Assembly: GCA_963844035.1 (NCBI GenBank)
Contig: CAWJMT010000037.1
Span: forward strand, 32,001 to 96,000
DNA length: 64,000 nt
Direction: 5' to 3'
Source of the DNA: an uncultured Gemmatimonadales bacterium
Lineage (GTDB): Bacteria > Gemmatimonadota > Gemmatimonadetes > Gemmatimonadales > GWC2-71-9
The notes beneath the pieces were generated by a model, which saw only the letters and a list, made by a program, of their open reading frames with translations, did no database searches and was not told the origin of the DNA. Positions 62,353 through 64,000 of the stretch are shown in pieces. Every line of letters starts with the position of its first letter. Within the stretch, counting starts at the first letter, position 1. The position numbers and the translations under genes were made by a program.

Positions 62353-63576
62353 TCACCGGACTGCTGCCGGGGCGGACCTGCTGCGCGCGCGGACGCTTGC
62401 GATGACGCCGACGGCCCCGATGAATGCGATCGCCCCCGCGACGAGGAACAGCGTGTGGAACGAGCTCGCGGCCAGGAGGCGGCCGCCGAAGCTCGCGCCG
62501 GTCATGGCGCTCACATCGGCTGCGACCTGACGCCAGCTCGACACGACGCCCTGGCGTTCGGGCGGTGCCTGGCCGAGCAGCCACTGGTCGATGAGCGGCG
62601 TGGTGAGCGGCGCGATCACTCCCTGGACAAAGTACAGTGCCACCGCCAGCCCGACGTTCGTCACGAGCGACAGGCCCCAGATCGCCGGTGCGAAGGCGAT
62701 GAGCGACGCGAACAGGACGCGGCGCACCCCAAGCCGGCTCGCCAGCTCGCCGCTCGCCAGCACTGCGAGCGCCCAGCACCAGCTCGCGGCAGCGAAGACG
62801 AGCCCGATGCGCTCGATGGAAAGCTTGTGCATGTGAGAGAAAAAGATGTTGAGGAACTGCGAGCAGAGCGCCGGCCCTACCAGCCACACGGTGAGGAGCG
62901 CGATGAGCGGGAGCATCTCACGGGCGAGGTGGGGGTCCACCGGTGACGCAGCGGTCGGTGCAGCGTTGGGGGTCGCGGGATCGGTTTGCAGTCGCAGCGC
63001 CCGGTACAGCAGCAAACTCGCGGCGCTGCCGGCGGCACCCATCAGGAGCGTCGCGCGCAACGCCGCCAGACGCGGGAGGCCCCACCGTGTCTCGAGCCAC
63101 GCGGACGCGGCCCCTCCGGCCCAGACGCCGGCGCCGTTCCAGGCGGCGAGCAGCCCGATGTTCCACGCGAATGCTCGCGCGCGGCTGCGCGGCTGCGTCA
63201 GCTGCATCAGGACCGGCGCCATCGCGACGCGCCAGAAGGCGCTCCCCGCGCCGGCGATGACCGCCGCGCCGCACACCGCGAACGGATTGGTGACGACCGC
63301 GCCGAGGCCGAGACCGACGGTGAGCACGAGCGCCCCGGTCATCACCGTCGTCCGGTGGCCCGCGCGGTCCGCGAGCAGGCCGCCGGGGATCAATGTCAGG
63401 AGGCTACCGGCGGTCAGCGCCGCGGCCGCGTATCCCATCACCGTCGCGGAGACGCCCAGCGCTTCGAGATAGAAGTTGTAGAGGAACGCATGGGTGATGA
63501 GGCCGGTGGCGAACAGCACGTTGCCGGCGACGAAAAACACCAACGGGAGCGGGGCGCGGCGCTCAGGGATAGCCAT
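62353..63576 (-). CDS. MFS transporter
   Basis: About 12 TM segments; GLLADRAGHR and GELASRLGVRR loop motifs. Confidence 0.9.
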   Translation of the reverse strand: MAIPERRAPLPLVFFVAGNVLFATGLITHAFLYNFYLEALGVSATVMGYAAAALTAGSLLTLIPGGLLADRAGHRTTVMTGALVLTVGLGLGAVVTNPFAVCGAAVIAGAGSAFWRVAMAPVLMQLTQPRSRARAFAWNIGLLAAWNGAGVWAGGAASAWLETRWGLPRLAALRATLLMGAAGSAASLLLYRALRLQTDPATPNAAPTAASPVDPHLAREMLPLIALLTVWLVGPALCSQFLNIFFSHMHKLSIERIGLVFAAASWCWALAVLASGELASRLGVRRVLFASLIAFAPAIWGLSLVTNVGLAVALYFVQGVIAPLTTPLIDQWLLGQAPPERQGVVSSWRQVAADVSAMTGASFGGRLLAASSFHTLFLVAGAIAFIGAVGVIASVRARSRSAPAAVR

Positions 63577-63706
63577 TGACCGTGTCCACCTGGGGTAGAT
63601 AGAATGCCACGCCGCGTAGATCGCCATGCCGCCTCGGTCGGCGGCCGCGAAATCTGTAGCCGAGAGTCTGCTTCCGACACCCTGAATCCTGAATATGGAC
63701 GGTGCA

Positions 63707-64000
63707 ATGCTGGATCGATCATTCTCGACCCTGACTCTGTGTGTGCTCTTGACGGCCCCGATCGCGCTCGGAGCACAGCAGCCTGGGCAGCCCGATTCCA
63801 GCCGCCGCGACACGGCGGGCGCGTTCGCGCTGCCGCCGGTCGTCGTGACCGCGACACAAGTCCCGGCTGAACCAACCAAGATCGGGGTCGCGACCTCGGT
63901 GCTCGACTCCCTGGCGCTGGCTGAGGAGCCGACGCCCCTGGCCTCCCGCGCACTCACCTTCCTGCCGGCCGTCTCGCTCGACCAGGGCAACGGCCCGGGC
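63707..64000 (+). CDS. TonB-dependent receptor N-terminus (truncated by the window edge)
   Basis: Own translation: signal peptide then LPPVVVTATQVP (TonB box) ... LTFLPAV (start of plug domain). Confidence 0.75.
   Translation, partial: MLDRSFSTLTLCVLLTAPIALGAQQPGQPDSSRRDTAGAFALPPVVVTATQVPAEPTKIGVATSVLDSLALAEEPTPLASRALTFLPAVSLDQGNGPG

Noticed and set aside
63580..63706. Cobalamin riboswitch upstream of the TonB receptor
   Set aside because: I could not find the conserved core elements (GCCACTG, GGGAAG, B12 box); there is only a faint resemblance near 63660-63672.
1..64000. Over 20 frameshifted genes as mass pseudogenisation or programmed frameshifting
   Set aside because: The breaks are single-base indels, often in short G/C runs, evenly spread and hitting core genes (nadB, nadC) whose motifs are otherwise intact. 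Long-read error is the simpler explanation.

Overview
A high-GC bacterial chromosomal segment, about 60 CDSs. The gene style (a 'LADRYRLERELG' Ser/Thr kinase-PD40 fusion, DUF5916, DUF885, the TIGR03545/03546 pair) suggests Gemmatimonadota; this is an inference. Many genes are split by single-base frameshifts spread evenly over the window, which looks like uncorrected long-read indel error rather than true pseudogenisation. Recognisable content: nadB-nadA-nadC, exported msrA and msrB, an ArsR-SRPBCC-VOC operon, SulP, an M1 peptidase, an ECF sigma factor, a two-component cluster joined to a GMC/gluconate dehydrogenase pair and a CDGSH protein, and a di-heme oxidoreductase. A ~12 kb tailoring cluster at the right end carries GT87-PD40, radical SAM/SPASM, methyltransferase, GT-C, sulfotransferase, a four-repeat protein, HPr-kinase-like, nucleotidyltransferase, MFS and TonB receptor genes. 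No rRNA, tRNA, CRISPR array, integrase or DDE transposase was seen. Strongest leads: (1) a DUF559 nuclease enclosed by 45-bp hairpin-forming inverted repeats (REP-like cassette, 3645-4186); (2) the tailoring cluster, which has no visible precursor peptide; (3) a structured, apparently switchable leader upstream of nadBAC; (4) phased operator-like arrays at 50484-50568 and 26185-26240. Family assignments are from motif recognition only; no searches were run.
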